Positions 27,844 through 37,521 of a DNA stretch of 64,000 nt are shown in pieces. Position 1 is the stretch's first letter, and the number at the start of each line of letters is the position of its first letter. This stretch comes from Akkermansiaceae bacterium. GTDB taxonomy: Bacteria > Verrucomicrobiota > Verrucomicrobiia > Verrucomicrobiales > Akkermansiaceae. A model generated the notes under the pieces. It was not told the DNA's origin. It saw only the letters and a program-made list of their open reading frames with translations, and did no database searches. The position numbers and the translations under genes were made by a program. The stretch is from positions 1,668-65,667 of the forward strand of contig JBGCEE010000032.1 of assembly GCA_045106015.1 (NCBI GenBank), given 5' to 3'.

Positions 27844-28764
27844 ATGATCAAACCGATGAAAAAACTTCTCTCAACACTCCTCATTCCCGTCATTTCCTGC
27901 ACCGCGATTGCTCAAGATGCCTTTCAAGCCAGAGCGATTCTCTCCTTTGATGGTGGCGGTAATACGGTTGCTTGGATTCTAGCCGCGACAGACAAAGCCG
28001 TTCGCTACAAGACCAGCGCGAATTCTACGCAATTCGAAGACGCCGGAATCTCGGACTTTTCGAATATCTACCTCATGGAACCTCCGCAATTTTCTGAGGC
28101 CATGGATTTGTATGAAGGAGGTAAGTTCAAAGAAGCGAAGGAGAAGTTCGCGGCATACAAAAAAATCTCCAAACCCATCGCAGCCTTGAAAGGGAATTTC
28201 CATACGCTTTCGGCTTTCTATGAAATGGAGTGCCTGAGGCAGCTTGAGGACTATGAAGCGATTCTCGAGATCCTTAAAAATTTCTTCAAAGAGCCGCTCA
28301 CCCGTGACCATCACCTTCGCCAGCTAGAGCTCTATGTCATGTGGAATGCTGTGAAGTCAGAAGCTTGGGACCAAGTGATTGCCATCGCGGACGAGCGTTA
28401 CGACGAAAACCTTCCTGCCTATCAGTTGGCTCAAGTTGCCTACTGCAAGGGTCTGGCTCTTGAAAAGAAGGGAAAACCACAAGAGGCCCTCGTCGAATAC
28501 GCCGTCGCCATGACTGCAGATGCAGGTGCTTCACGTTTTACGGCCCAGAACGCCGCCTTAAATTCCCTGCGGATTTACAACGCAGATAAAGAAGTCCAGG
28601 CAGCCATGGAAGCATGGGGCACCGAAGATGAAGTCAAAGGCTCGCTTGGCTACAACCGCCTCAGGGAGGCACAGGGAATCGCAAAGGTTTTCCGCAGTTT
28701 CCTGAAAGCTGACAAAGCCCTGGGTGACTACGTGAAATTCCTCGAATACAAGTTCGAGGAATAG
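27844..28764 (+). CDS. Secreted TPR-like protein
   Basis: Signal peptide (AIA/QD). Helical repeats FSEAMDLYEGGKFKEAKEKF and AYCKGLALEKKGKPQEALVEY. Confidence 0.8.
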   Translation: MIKPMKKLLSTLLIPVISCTAIAQDAFQARAILSFDGGGNTVAWILAATDKAVRYKTSANSTQFEDAGISDFSNIYLMEPPQFSEAMDLYEGGKFKEAKEKFAAYKKISKPIAALKGNFHTLSAFYEMECLRQLEDYEAILEILKNFFKEPLTRDHHLRQLELYVMWNAVKSEAWDQVIAIADERYDENLPAYQLAQVAYCKGLALEKKGKPQEALVEYAVAMTADAGASRFTAQNAALNSLRIYNADKEVQAAMEAWGTEDEVKGSLGYNRLREAQGIAKVFRSFLKADKALGDYVKFLEYKFEE

Positions 28765-28902
28765 CCAATCAAGGCCCCCGGGGAATCAAGTGATTCCCGC
28801 GCTTTGTTCCTTTGCGCGACCCGTGGATTGAGATTTTCTCGATCCCGAACTTTCCGCGTAAAAGTTCGATAATTTCACCTGTCATCAGTCCTCTATTGTG
28901 AC

Positions 28903-30534
28903 ATGGTCCTGCCAGCGATGTTCTCCCGCCTGTCCCTCATAGTCATTTCAAGCTTGCTGCTCTTCTCCTGCCAGAAGGAAAGCCAAGTCGATAAGGCGAC
29001 AAGAGAGGGCATTTTGCTGCTGAGTAACTCCAGTGATCCGAAGAGCTTCGATCCGCATATTGTTTCGGGAGTCCTCGAGAGCAATATCATGCGTTCTCTC
29101 TTCGAAGGCTTGGTTCAGTTTCATCCGAGTGAAGATTTGGAAGCCCCTCCAGGGGTCGCTTTAGAGGTCACACCGGATGCAGAATACACGGTATGGACGG
29201 CCAAACTCCGGCCAGATGCAAAGTGGTCGGATGGTGAACCCGTTACCGCAGAGGATTTTGCCTTCTCCTACGAACGATTCCTTAAGCCCGACCTCGGAGC
29301 GAAGTATGCCGAAATGCTCTATTTTATGAAGGGTGCGGAGGCTTTCAATAAGGGCGAAACCGATGATTTTTCCACGGTAGGAGTCAAAGTGATTGACCCG
29401 CTTACATTCACCATCACCTTGCGTGGGCCGACCCCTTTCTTCAAGGAGCTGCTGAAGCACTACACTTGGTATCCCGTGCCGAAACACGCCGTCCTAAAGC
29501 ATGGGAAAATCGACGACATGCGCAATCCTTGGTCCAAGCCATATCGATTGGTTGGCAATGGTCCATTCCGTATCAAATCTTTTCGCCGTAACGATCACAT
29601 TGAGGTTGAGAGGAATCCACACTACTGGGATGCAGAAAATGTGAAGCTAAATGGAATCCGGTTCCTGCCGATTTCAAATGTGTTCACCGAAGCTCGGATG
29701 TTCCGCGACGGGCAGCTTCACATCACATACACCGCAGCTCCTGAGGTCGTAGACTTCATGAGTAAATCGAATCCCTCCGTGCTACGGCAAGAGCCGTACT
29801 TGGGAACCGATTTTTATCGTTTCAATACCACACGAGAGCCACTCAACGACTCCCGTGTGCGACGTGCCTTGAGCATGTCTTTGGATCGCGAGTCTCTTTG
29901 TAAAAGCGTATTCCGAGGTTCGCTGCCTGCCTATGCGATCACTCCTCCGATGGGTGACTACAATCCACCTCGTGGTGTCTCTTTTGAGCCTGAGAAAGCA
30001 CGGAAACTCCTAGCGGAAGCAGGCTTCCCTGACGGTAAAGGTTTTCCAAGATTGAAAATTCTCATCGCTTCTCGCGAAACGGCAGCGACTCTCGCCACTG
30101 CGATTCAAGCGATGTGGAGCAAGCATCTAGGAGTTGAGGTTGAGATCGAAAACAAAGAGTGGACCGCTTATCTCGCAGCCACCCAGAGTTTGGAATATGA
30201 TATCGTGGGTGCTGGTTGGATCGGCGACTTCATCGACCCCCTGACCTTTCTTGAAATTTGGTCTCCTGGAAACGGCAACAACAACACGGGTTGGTCAAAC
30301 TCCGAGTTTGTTGAGAACTTGGAGAAGTCGTTCCAAGCGACTGACCCGGAGCAACGCTACCAATATTTGCATGCGGCCGAGACGATTCTCATGCAGGAGG
30401 CTCCTATTGCCCCCATTGGCTGGCGCGGGAAAAATTTCCTCATCCATCCCTCCGTCAAAGGATGGGATCCGCTTTTGCTCGATAGCCATCCTTACACTTC
30501 TGTCGAACTCATTCCCCAAGAAGAAGCACGCTGA
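28903..30534 (+). CDS. oppA: Peptide ABC transporter substrate-binding lipoprotein (OppA-like)
   Basis: Lipobox LFSC, DPKSFDPH, LFEGLV, AKWSDGEPVTAEDF, GNGPF, NPHYWD, AGWIGDFIDP. Confidence 0.92.
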   Translation: MVLPAMFSRLSLIVISSLLLFSCQKESQVDKATREGILLLSNSSDPKSFDPHIVSGVLESNIMRSLFEGLVQFHPSEDLEAPPGVALEVTPDAEYTVWTAKLRPDAKWSDGEPVTAEDFAFSYERFLKPDLGAKYAEMLYFMKGAEAFNKGETDDFSTVGVKVIDPLTFTITLRGPTPFFKELLKHYTWYPVPKHAVLKHGKIDDMRNPWSKPYRLVGNGPFRIKSFRRNDHIEVERNPHYWDAENVKLNGIRFLPISNVFTEARMFRDGQLHITYTAAPEVVDFMSKSNPSVLRQEPYLGTDFYRFNTTREPLNDSRVRRALSMSLDRESLCKSVFRGSLPAYAITPPMGDYNPPRGVSFEPEKARKLLAEAGFPDGKGFPRLKILIASRETAATLATAIQAMWSKHLGVEVEIENKEWTAYLAATQSLEYDIVGAGWIGDFIDPLTFLEIWSPGNGNNNTGWSNSEFVENLEKSFQATDPEQRYQYLHAAETILMQEAPIAPIGWRGKNFLIHPSVKGWDPLLLDSHPYTSVELIPQEEAR

Positions 30535-30541
30535 TTAGGCC

Positions 30542-31456
30542 ATGTTAAAACTGCTCGTTTCTCGATTTCTCCAAGGCCTGCTCACGTTGTTCGTGCTGGT
30601 GACGCTCACCTTTTTCCTCGTCCGTCTGATGCCAGGCAGCCCGTATACGGAAGAAAAGGCGATTCCTAAACATGCTTTGGAAAGAGCGATGGCCTATTCC
30701 GGTATGGATAAGCCCTTGCCTGTGCAATATCTCAGATACTTTCAGAATTTGCTTATCCACCAAGACCTCGGGCCGTTGATTCGTAAGCCGGGCGTCGAAG
30801 TATCCGAAGTGATTGGTGACTCCTTTCCAGTCTCGATGGCTCTGGGATTTGCTTCTATGGGCATTGCCTTACTGGTTGGAATTCCGGCTGGTGTGATTGC
30901 TGCGGTCCGAAAAAATTCTCCGACAGATTTTGCCTGTCTTGCCTTTGCGATGATCGGGATTTGCTTGCCGAGTTTTGTGATTGGGCCGCTACTTGCGGTG
31001 TTCGCAGGACTTAAACTTCAATCGATCAATGTCGCGGGATGGAATTCTGCAACAGACTGGATTCTTCCGGCAGTCACACTGGGAATGATCAACGCTGCCT
31101 ACCTTGCGCGCTTGTCACGCGGTGGAATGCTGGATGTTCTCAGCCAAGACTACATTCGCACGGCCAAGGCAAAAGGCGTTCCTGGATTTCGTATCATCGT
31201 TCGGCATGCATTAAGAGGTGGGCTCATTCCGGCTGTCGCTTTTATTGGGCCCGCCTTTGCTGCGATGATTTCTGGCTCCTTCGTGATCGAAACAATTTTC
31301 CAAATTCCGGGGATGGGTCAGCATTTTGTCAATGCGGCGAATGACCGCGAATACTTCCTAATTCAGGGTCTTGTGCTCTTTTATGGTTTCCTCATCGTTG
31401 CGGCGAACTTCTTAGCCGACCTCGCTCAGGTCGCCCTCAATCCGAGACTTCGGTAG
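30542..31456 (+). CDS. oppB: Peptide ABC transporter permease (OppB-like)
   Basis: LVRLMPGSPY, SFPVSMALG, EAA loop QDYIRTAKAKG, GSFVIETIFQIPGMG. Confidence 0.93.
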   Translation: MLKLLVSRFLQGLLTLFVLVTLTFFLVRLMPGSPYTEEKAIPKHALERAMAYSGMDKPLPVQYLRYFQNLLIHQDLGPLIRKPGVEVSEVIGDSFPVSMALGFASMGIALLVGIPAGVIAAVRKNSPTDFACLAFAMIGICLPSFVIGPLLAVFAGLKLQSINVAGWNSATDWILPAVTLGMINAAYLARLSRGGMLDVLSQDYIRTAKAKGVPGFRIIVRHALRGGLIPAVAFIGPAFAAMISGSFVIETIFQIPGMGQHFVNAANDREYFLIQGLVLFYGFLIVAANFLADLAQVALNPRLR

Positions 31457-31459
31457 TCG

Positions 31460-32296
31460 TTAGTCCGATTCGAGGTAGGTATCAGCTAAGGCTTTCATCG
31501 AGGAAGCGAGCTCCTTATCACTGAGTGGCTTTTGCCAGATTAGAAAGCGGGCGATTTCACCATCGAAGGATTCTTTTCCGGGATGTTCAATGGCGTCACG
31601 TTCTTGACCGATGGCCATACGGGATGGGTTGGCTTTCGGGTTCACTGGAAATTTTTCAGTGGCAACCACCTCAGGAGTATTCACATGAAGCGTGATGTTC
31701 ACGGTTCCTGTCCCAGCGTCCATGCGGCCGGCGATGATATAGAATTTCTCTCTTTCGAGAACAGGACCGGAGACCTTCGGGTTGTTTTTGTCAAAACGCC
31801 CGAAACTCAAGCCGTTCCGTGCTCCGCACCAGATCGTGTTGTCATCGTCAAGGCAACCCCAGAGGCCTTCGTAGATTTTGCCATTCCGAAGGTTACCGAA
31901 AAATGAATTTACGTTTTTCACGCCGACGCGTTGGTCGTAGACCGCGATCACGGCGATCCAAGTGTGGCCTTTTCCTGTCGTCAATCCATCGAAGATATCC
32001 TCATCCGGGCAGATGAGTTCCTGCTGCTTGAAGATCAAGGCAGGCTTTTTGTTGGCAGCACTCTTACGCAGCGAAGGTCTCCCGCTACCCGCTATAGCCC
32101 GGCCTTCGTTTTGTATCGAAAAGAGCAGACTTTTATGAATCGGTGCCTGATTTTTCCATGAGATCACCCGCCCATCGTCGTCCAGTTGAAGCCCTTTGGC
32201 TGCGTCGAGATCAAGAATGAGTTGGTCCGAAGGGAGAGGTTCATTTCCGGCGAAGGCAGAAACGGTGAGAACGGAGATGAAAAGCAAGAATCTCAT
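31460..32296 (-). CDS. Secreted LamG / concanavalin-A-like domain protein
   Basis: Signal peptide. LDLDAAKGL...VISWKNQA. C-terminal IGQER...FDGEIARFLIWQKPLS typical of LamG-like jelly rolls. Confidence 0.7.
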   Translation of the reverse strand: MRFLLFISVLTVSAFAGNEPLPSDQLILDLDAAKGLQLDDDGRVISWKNQAPIHKSLLFSIQNEGRAIAGSGRPSLRKSAANKKPALIFKQQELICPDEDIFDGLTTGKGHTWIAVIAVYDQRVGVKNVNSFFGNLRNGKIYEGLWGCLDDDNTIWCGARNGLSFGRFDKNNPKVSGPVLEREKFYIIAGRMDAGTGTVNITLHVNTPEVVATEKFPVNPKANPSRMAIGQERDAIEHPGKESFDGEIARFLIWQKPLSDKELASSMKALADTYLESD

Positions 32297-32303
32297 AGGG
32301 AGA

Positions 32304-33812
32304 TCACATCAATTGCGCACCTGCTTCGGCAAGTTCCGAACGCTCACCGCGATTCAATGCGACGTGCGCAGTGAATGGTTGTCCTTTCAAGCGGTTACGC
32401 GTGTAGACGAGGCCGTTGCTACGGCTATCGACGTATGGGTTGTCGATCTGTGCTGGGTCACCAACGAGCACCAGCTTGGAATCACGAGACATGCGAGTGA
32501 CAATGGTCTTAGCCTCTTGAGGTGTGAGTTGCTGGGCTTCGTCTAAGATGAAAAAACGATTTGGGATCGAACGCCCGCGGATGTAGCAGAGCGCTTCGAT
32601 TTCCAAGACACCTCGCTCCATCAACGCTTCATAGGGCTTCATGGTTGGAGTGTCGCTCTTGGTTTGTTTCTGTTGCTTACGCTTTGGCCCAAGTGGAATG
32701 TTCGGCCGCATGAGCAGGTCCAAAGCGTCATGGATGGGTTGCAGCCAAGGGCGCATTTTTTCGTCGAGTGACCCTGGGAGGAAACCCATTTGATCTCCCA
32801 TGGCGACAACTGGCCGACTTACTGTTATTCCGTTGTATTTTCGATTGAACATCTCGTGCAGACCCGCTGCAACTGCAACGAGCGTCTTACCCGTTCCGGC
32901 GTGGCCGTAGCAGGTGACTAGTGAGATTTCTGGATTGAGTAAGGCGTCGATCAAACATCTCTGACCGAGATTGAGAGGTTTCAATGTTTGGCCGTCGGGA
33001 ATTTTCAAAACCTCGGGGATATTGAGCCGAACAAATTTTTTATCGAATCGAAAGCGAGCCGGAATAGTTTGTTTCTCACCGCAACAAAGTAGGACGTATT
33101 CATTTACGGATACACCAACGGATCGTTCTTCATCGAGCCCGATCTCACCTTTGCTCGCAAAGCGATGAAGCTCGGATGCATCCACTTCGACTCGGCGGAC
33201 TTCGTAGTTCGAAACCTCGCGCGCATCGACCTTGTCATTCAGGTAGTCTTGACACTCGATGTGTACGGCGCGGGCCTTCAGTTGGAGATTGATGTCCTTG
33301 GTTACCAATGCAATTTGGCCATCAGGGTTGTGTTGCTTCAGAAGCAAACACGCGGCAAGAATCCGGTGATCCACTCTTTCTCGATCAGGAAAGACTCGGT
33401 AAAATTGGTTGAGTTGGTCGGAGTTGTCGGGACAGGTCGAGGGATCGTAGATGACCAGACGAATCGTTCCACCACCTTCGGTAGACGCACCTTTTGTTAC
33501 TACGCTTGCCGTAGAAAAGATATCAGTTAGGCGCCGATGCACGCGCCGTGCATTTGCTCCGCGCTCCGACTGCTCTGTTTTAAATTTGTCCAACTCGGCC
33601 AATACATCGACGAGAATGCATATATGGTTCTCCTTGAAACGTTCAAGACACGCGGGGTCGTGGAGGAGGACATTGGTATCGAGAACGTAGTTCTTGCCCT
33701 TTTTTGATGGTGCTTTGAGTCCGAACTCTTCGATTGCTTTGGAATTTGAGCGGTTAGCCTTTTTTTTGGCTTTGCCGATGGGAGCGGAATCATCAAAGAG
33801 GGCAGGCTGCAT
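32304..33812 (-). CDS. PIN-PhoH (PhoH2 / YlaK-like) ATPase
   Basis: PIN motif YVLDTNVLLHDP, TKDINLQLKA, Walker A GHAGTGKT, YIRGRSI, ILDEAQQLT, VGDPAQID. Confidence 0.93.
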   Translation of the reverse strand: MQPALFDDSAPIGKAKKKANRSNSKAIEEFGLKAPSKKGKNYVLDTNVLLHDPACLERFKENHICILVDVLAELDKFKTEQSERGANARRVHRRLTDIFSTASVVTKGASTEGGGTIRLVIYDPSTCPDNSDQLNQFYRVFPDRERVDHRILAACLLLKQHNPDGQIALVTKDINLQLKARAVHIECQDYLNDKVDAREVSNYEVRRVEVDASELHRFASKGEIGLDEERSVGVSVNEYVLLCCGEKQTIPARFRFDKKFVRLNIPEVLKIPDGQTLKPLNLGQRCLIDALLNPEISLVTCYGHAGTGKTLVAVAAGLHEMFNRKYNGITVSRPVVAMGDQMGFLPGSLDEKMRPWLQPIHDALDLLMRPNIPLGPKRKQQKQTKSDTPTMKPYEALMERGVLEIEALCYIRGRSIPNRFFILDEAQQLTPQEAKTIVTRMSRDSKLVLVGDPAQIDNPYVDSRSNGLVYTRNRLKGQPFTAHVALNRGERSELAEAGAQLM

Positions 33813-34053
33813 AAATTTGGGAGTGGGGATTATGGATTAGTGGTTGCTAGTTGGGCAGAAATCACACGTATCGTGTGCGGTGCGAAGAAGTTCCAGCGGA
33901 TCGGAAACAGTCCAGATGCCGCTATCAAAAGGCGGCCAGCTGACGACACTTTTAATCAAGATACATGAACTATCTCGATTTCATTGCGGCATGACAATCG
34001 CTAAATGGAAAACCTTCGATTTTTTCGATAGGAAGCATTCTTCAGGTGGCTGC

Positions 34054-34353
34054 CTAGCTCTGAGAAAGCGTGCGTTCGGCTTCCTTCCAGTCGCTCGCTT
34101 GATCGCCGGGAAGACCGAGATCTATTCGGTGGCGATAGATGAGATACGCAGCCTTTGCGATGGCTTCTTTGGAAGGCGCGCTTCTTTTGGGCGTTTTCTT
34201 TTTCGCCGTGGCTTTTTTTGCAACCTTCTTGTGAACCGCTTTTTTCGTCTCTGTTTTTACGATTTTCTTTGCGGCCTTCTTCGTGGCCTTTTTCTTCACG
34301 GCTTTTTTTGTGGCATTTGCAGTCTTCTTTTTCGCTGATTTCTTACTAGGCAT
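34054..34353 (-). CDS. Lys/Ala-rich histone H1-like protein with DUF2934-like C-terminus
   Basis: MPSKKSAKKKTANATKKAVKKKATKKAAKK..., ending IAKAAYLIY...PGDQASDWKEAERTL. Confidence 0.8.
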   Translation of the reverse strand: MPSKKSAKKKTANATKKAVKKKATKKAAKKIVKTETKKAVHKKVAKKATAKKKTPKRSAPSKEAIAKAAYLIYRHRIDLGLPGDQASDWKEAERTLSQS

Positions 34354-34460
34354 AATGAATGAAAGTGGTTGGTTGTCATTAAGCACAATGAGTGCCGGGG
34401 CAGGGCTTAGATCGCTTTTTCCGGCATTGCCAGCAAGATTCATTGGTTTATGATATAGAG

Positions 34461-35723
34461 ATGGAACAGGAGGTACGCTGGAGCGATACGCGTGATGCGG
34501 ATGGCTACCGTCTCCCCGGTGCCGAGCATCTCGGGCGCTGGGCTACGGTTGCTATGCTCGTGTCCATTCTTCTGCATGTCGTGGTCTTTTTCGCCTTGGA
34601 CCGTGTGAAAATCGCTTTGGGAATTCAGTCCACCACCGAAGAGCTTGCCACCGGCCCAGTAGACATTCGGCAAGTGGCTGTGAAGCCTTACGAGCCACAA
34701 ACCGCGCTGCCCGAGGAGAAAGCGATCACGCCGCCAAATGATTCTGCAGCGTTGCTTGAGGAAGTGGACCTCCTTGATCTGTTGCCTGAAAACGAAGAGA
34801 TCGATATCGCCCCAAGCGTCGTGGATGCCGAATATGCGTTGAAAATGTCTAATCCATTGGCTGAGGGCGAGCTGGACGCACCGATGACCGATGTTTCATC
34901 TAATTTTGATATTGAGGCGGACTTGCCTGAGTTTGGGCGTATCGAAGAAGATTTGAAGCCTGCTGCAGTCGGGCAAATTACCGTCGATCCCGGAGCTGTG
35001 CAGATCGACGATGGTGAGATGACAAATTTTACCGAGGACCTGATTAAAAAGGGCAACGAAGGTTTGGTGGAGAACGGGAAACTCGACGGAATTGAATCGC
35101 TTGATGATTTGCTCGACCTACCACCCAACTTATTGCTTTCCAAGAAGACACTTCTTCCTAGTGACCTATTGTTTGAATTCAACAAATCAGAGCTGAAAGA
35201 AAGTGCGAAAATCGGCCTGATGAAACTGGCTTTGTTGATGGACAAAAATCCGAATCTATATTGTTGGATTGAGGGACATACGGATCTCATCGGCACGGAT
35301 GAAGCGAATATTGAACTTTCGCAGCTTCGCGCTGAATCCGTGAAAGATTACCTTGTCGAATCCATGCGGATGAACCCTGAAAGGATCATTACCCGTGGCT
35401 TCGGTGAAACTCGACCGCTTGTCACCGAGGGCAGTGAAGTCGAACAAGCACCGAACCGGAGGGTGGAGATCAAGATGCGTAAAAACCCCCCAGCAGATGC
35501 ACCTATTATGGTTGTTCCCAAGCCGACAACGATTGTGGAGAAACCCAAAGTCGTTGAGCCACCCAAGGAGCCGGCACCCCCTAAGGCGGTATTGGTTAAG
35601 CCCAATCGTGACGTGAGGCCTGCGCCTGAAGCAAACCCTCCGAAAGCTCTTGTCGTGCCACAAAGAGCTCTCCCTGTTGAGGATGAAGACCGTGTTCTGA
35701 AAGCTGTTCCTGTAGAGCCTTGA
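34461..35723 (+). CDS. Single-TM OmpA/MotB-domain protein
   Basis: N-terminal TM helix, long acidic linker, OmpA domain (LFEFNKSEL, IEGHTD, LSQLRAESV, GFGETRP, NRRVEI) and a Pro-rich tail. Confidence 0.9.
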   Translation: MEQEVRWSDTRDADGYRLPGAEHLGRWATVAMLVSILLHVVVFFALDRVKIALGIQSTTEELATGPVDIRQVAVKPYEPQTALPEEKAITPPNDSAALLEEVDLLDLLPENEEIDIAPSVVDAEYALKMSNPLAEGELDAPMTDVSSNFDIEADLPEFGRIEEDLKPAAVGQITVDPGAVQIDDGEMTNFTEDLIKKGNEGLVENGKLDGIESLDDLLDLPPNLLLSKKTLLPSDLLFEFNKSELKESAKIGLMKLALLMDKNPNLYCWIEGHTDLIGTDEANIELSQLRAESVKDYLVESMRMNPERIITRGFGETRPLVTEGSEVEQAPNRRVEIKMRKNPPADAPIMVVPKPTTIVEKPKVVEPPKEPAPPKAVLVKPNRDVRPAPEANPPKALVVPQRALPVEDEDRVLKAVPVEP

Positions 35724-36796
35724 GCGTTTCCTCCCAATCTTTTCTCGGGCTGAAGTTTTCCGAGGTCGAGGGTCTTCTATCCGAAGATGGTGTTCTGAGA
35801 CATCACGCTAGGCAGTTGTGGCGAGCTGTCCACCGAGACCACATGACGGATGTGGAAACTGCTGATTTGTCTCCTCCATTGAAACGATGGGCCACGGCGA
35901 ATCTGGGTATAGGTAAAAGGTTTTTTATCGAACGACCCGAGCAAGTTCAGGAAATTCATAGTAACGACGGACGGACACGGAAATACCTGCTGCGTCTTGC
36001 TGACGGCCAAGTAATTGAGACGGTTCTCATGGGCTATGACGGGCGCTTTACCGCCTGTCTCAGCTCGCAGGCGGGATGCGCGATGGGTTGTGTGTTCTGC
36101 GCGACTGGTCAAATGGGGTTTGTGCGCCATCTAACAGTGGGTGAAATCGTTGCCCAAGTGCGTCATGTCAGAAGAATGCTGGCGGAGAGCCATCCACATC
36201 GCCGACTGAGGAACATCGTTCTCATGGGCATGGGAGAGCCCTTGCATAATTACGATTCGGTGATGAAGGCGATGGGAATAGTCTCAGATGTTCGAGGGGC
36301 TTCGATCGGTCCGTCCAAGATTGCCATCAGTACGGTTGGCTTGGTTCCAAGCATCCTGCGTATGGCAGAGGAAGGTCGCCCTTACCGCCTTGCAGTTAGC
36401 CTCCATGGCTCGACTGAGGAGGAACGTTCATCGCTCGTTCCAACGAGTAAAAAGTGGAATTTGGAAACATTGATTGGGGCATGCCGGAGTTATTGCGAAA
36501 GCACGGGGAAACGAATCTTTTTCGAATGGACGCTCATCGAAGGGAAAAATGATTCACCAGATACCGCTCGGCGATTGGTCGCTTTGCTAGAGGGAATTGA
36601 CAGTCACGTGAATATCATTCCGTTGAATCCGACCAAGGGTTACGAAGGCGCGCCAAGCGATAGTGGGGCGGAGTTTCAGCGAATCATTCGCGAATCCGGG
36701 ATTCCCTGCACCTTTCGGCAACGCCGGGGTATCGATGTCGCGGCAGGCTGCGGAATGTTGAAGGCGGAGAATCAGAAAAAATCTGCGACTAGTTAG
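35720..36796 (+). CDS. rlmN: 23S rRNA (adenine-C2) methyltransferase, radical SAM RlmN family
   Basis: CLSSQAGCAMGCVFCATG (CxxxCxxC), MGMGEPLH, NIIPLNP, DVAAGCG. Confidence 0.93.
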   Translation: MSVSSQSFLGLKFSEVEGLLSEDGVLRHHARQLWRAVHRDHMTDVETADLSPPLKRWATANLGIGKRFFIERPEQVQEIHSNDGRTRKYLLRLADGQVIETVLMGYDGRFTACLSSQAGCAMGCVFCATGQMGFVRHLTVGEIVAQVRHVRRMLAESHPHRRLRNIVLMGMGEPLHNYDSVMKAMGIVSDVRGASIGPSKIAISTVGLVPSILRMAEEGRPYRLAVSLHGSTEEERSSLVPTSKKWNLETLIGACRSYCESTGKRIFFEWTLIEGKNDSPDTARRLVALLEGIDSHVNIIPLNPTKGYEGAPSDSGAEFQRIIRESGIPCTFRQRRGIDVAAGCGMLKAENQKKSATS

Positions 36797-37519
36797 TCAC
36801 AAAGCCTGTTTGAGAATCGCCTCGACGATGGGCTTGCGCATGGGTTGCTTGTTCCAATCTTTGCGTTTCTTGCCCCTGTCGAAGCCGGAGAGGTGTTTCT
36901 GGTAACCCGTGTGACCTGGATGTTTTTCTTCGGGGCCGAATTGAGCGAGGACAAATGTGTGCATGTCATTGATCGGGATGCCATGCCGCTTCATCACGCT
37001 GGCGGCGATTTTGTTATACTCAATTTCTGAGTTTGGATCATACATGTTTCCCATATATCCGGGAAAGGCATTCACAGTGACCATGGGAGTTGTCGAGGCC
37101 CAGATGAGCTTTGCTCCAGTTGCTTTGAGACGCTGCGCCAATTGTTCCAAATTTTTCCCGTATTGCTCCGGTGAAGATACTCTCACCCCCCCGGAATATT
37201 TGCTCATCGCACGGATTTCTGTGCTTTTCGGGTCTTTGTAAAATAGATCGCCGAGCCCGTAGTTGAAATAGATGACATCCCACTTGGTATCACCGAGGAG
37301 TTCATCGATCTTGTTCAGTGCGGTTCCAGTGTCATTCGCTATAACACTTGGTAATTCGATTTGAACCTTATCCCTGAGGTCTTTCCCCACGGCGGAAAAG
37401 AGATTTCTCTGAACCTGGTCCCCGAGAACCAAGACCTTTGGCAACTCCCCTTGCGCTGCGACGCAAAGCGGAAGCAGCAGCAGGGCAAGGATGGCGGACC
37501 GTGAGAATGTTCTCCCCAT
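36797..37519 (-). CDS. SGNH/GDSL hydrolase family protein
   Basis: KVLVLGDQ (Ser replaced), WDVIYFNYGLGDL, AKLIWASTTP, YNKIAASVM...PINDMH. The catalytic Ser and His look altered. Confidence 0.75.
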   Translation of the reverse strand: MGRTFSRSAILALLLLPLCVAAQGELPKVLVLGDQVQRNLFSAVGKDLRDKVQIELPSVIANDTGTALNKIDELLGDTKWDVIYFNYGLGDLFYKDPKSTEIRAMSKYSGGVRVSSPEQYGKNLEQLAQRLKATGAKLIWASTTPMVTVNAFPGYMGNMYDPNSEIEYNKIAASVMKRHGIPINDMHTFVLAQFGPEEKHPGHTGYQKHLSGFDRGKKRKDWNKQPMRKPIVEAILKQAL

Positions 37520-37521
37520 GA

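Noticed and set aside
32500-32920. DEAQQ instead of DEAQN in the PhoH domain (approximate position)
   Set aside because: A single conservative change with all other motifs intact. Not enough to infer altered function.
33844-34338. 164-aa plus-strand ORF rich in Phe, Leu and Arg
   Set aside because: Antisense shadow of the Lys/Ala-rich repeat gene at 34054-34353.
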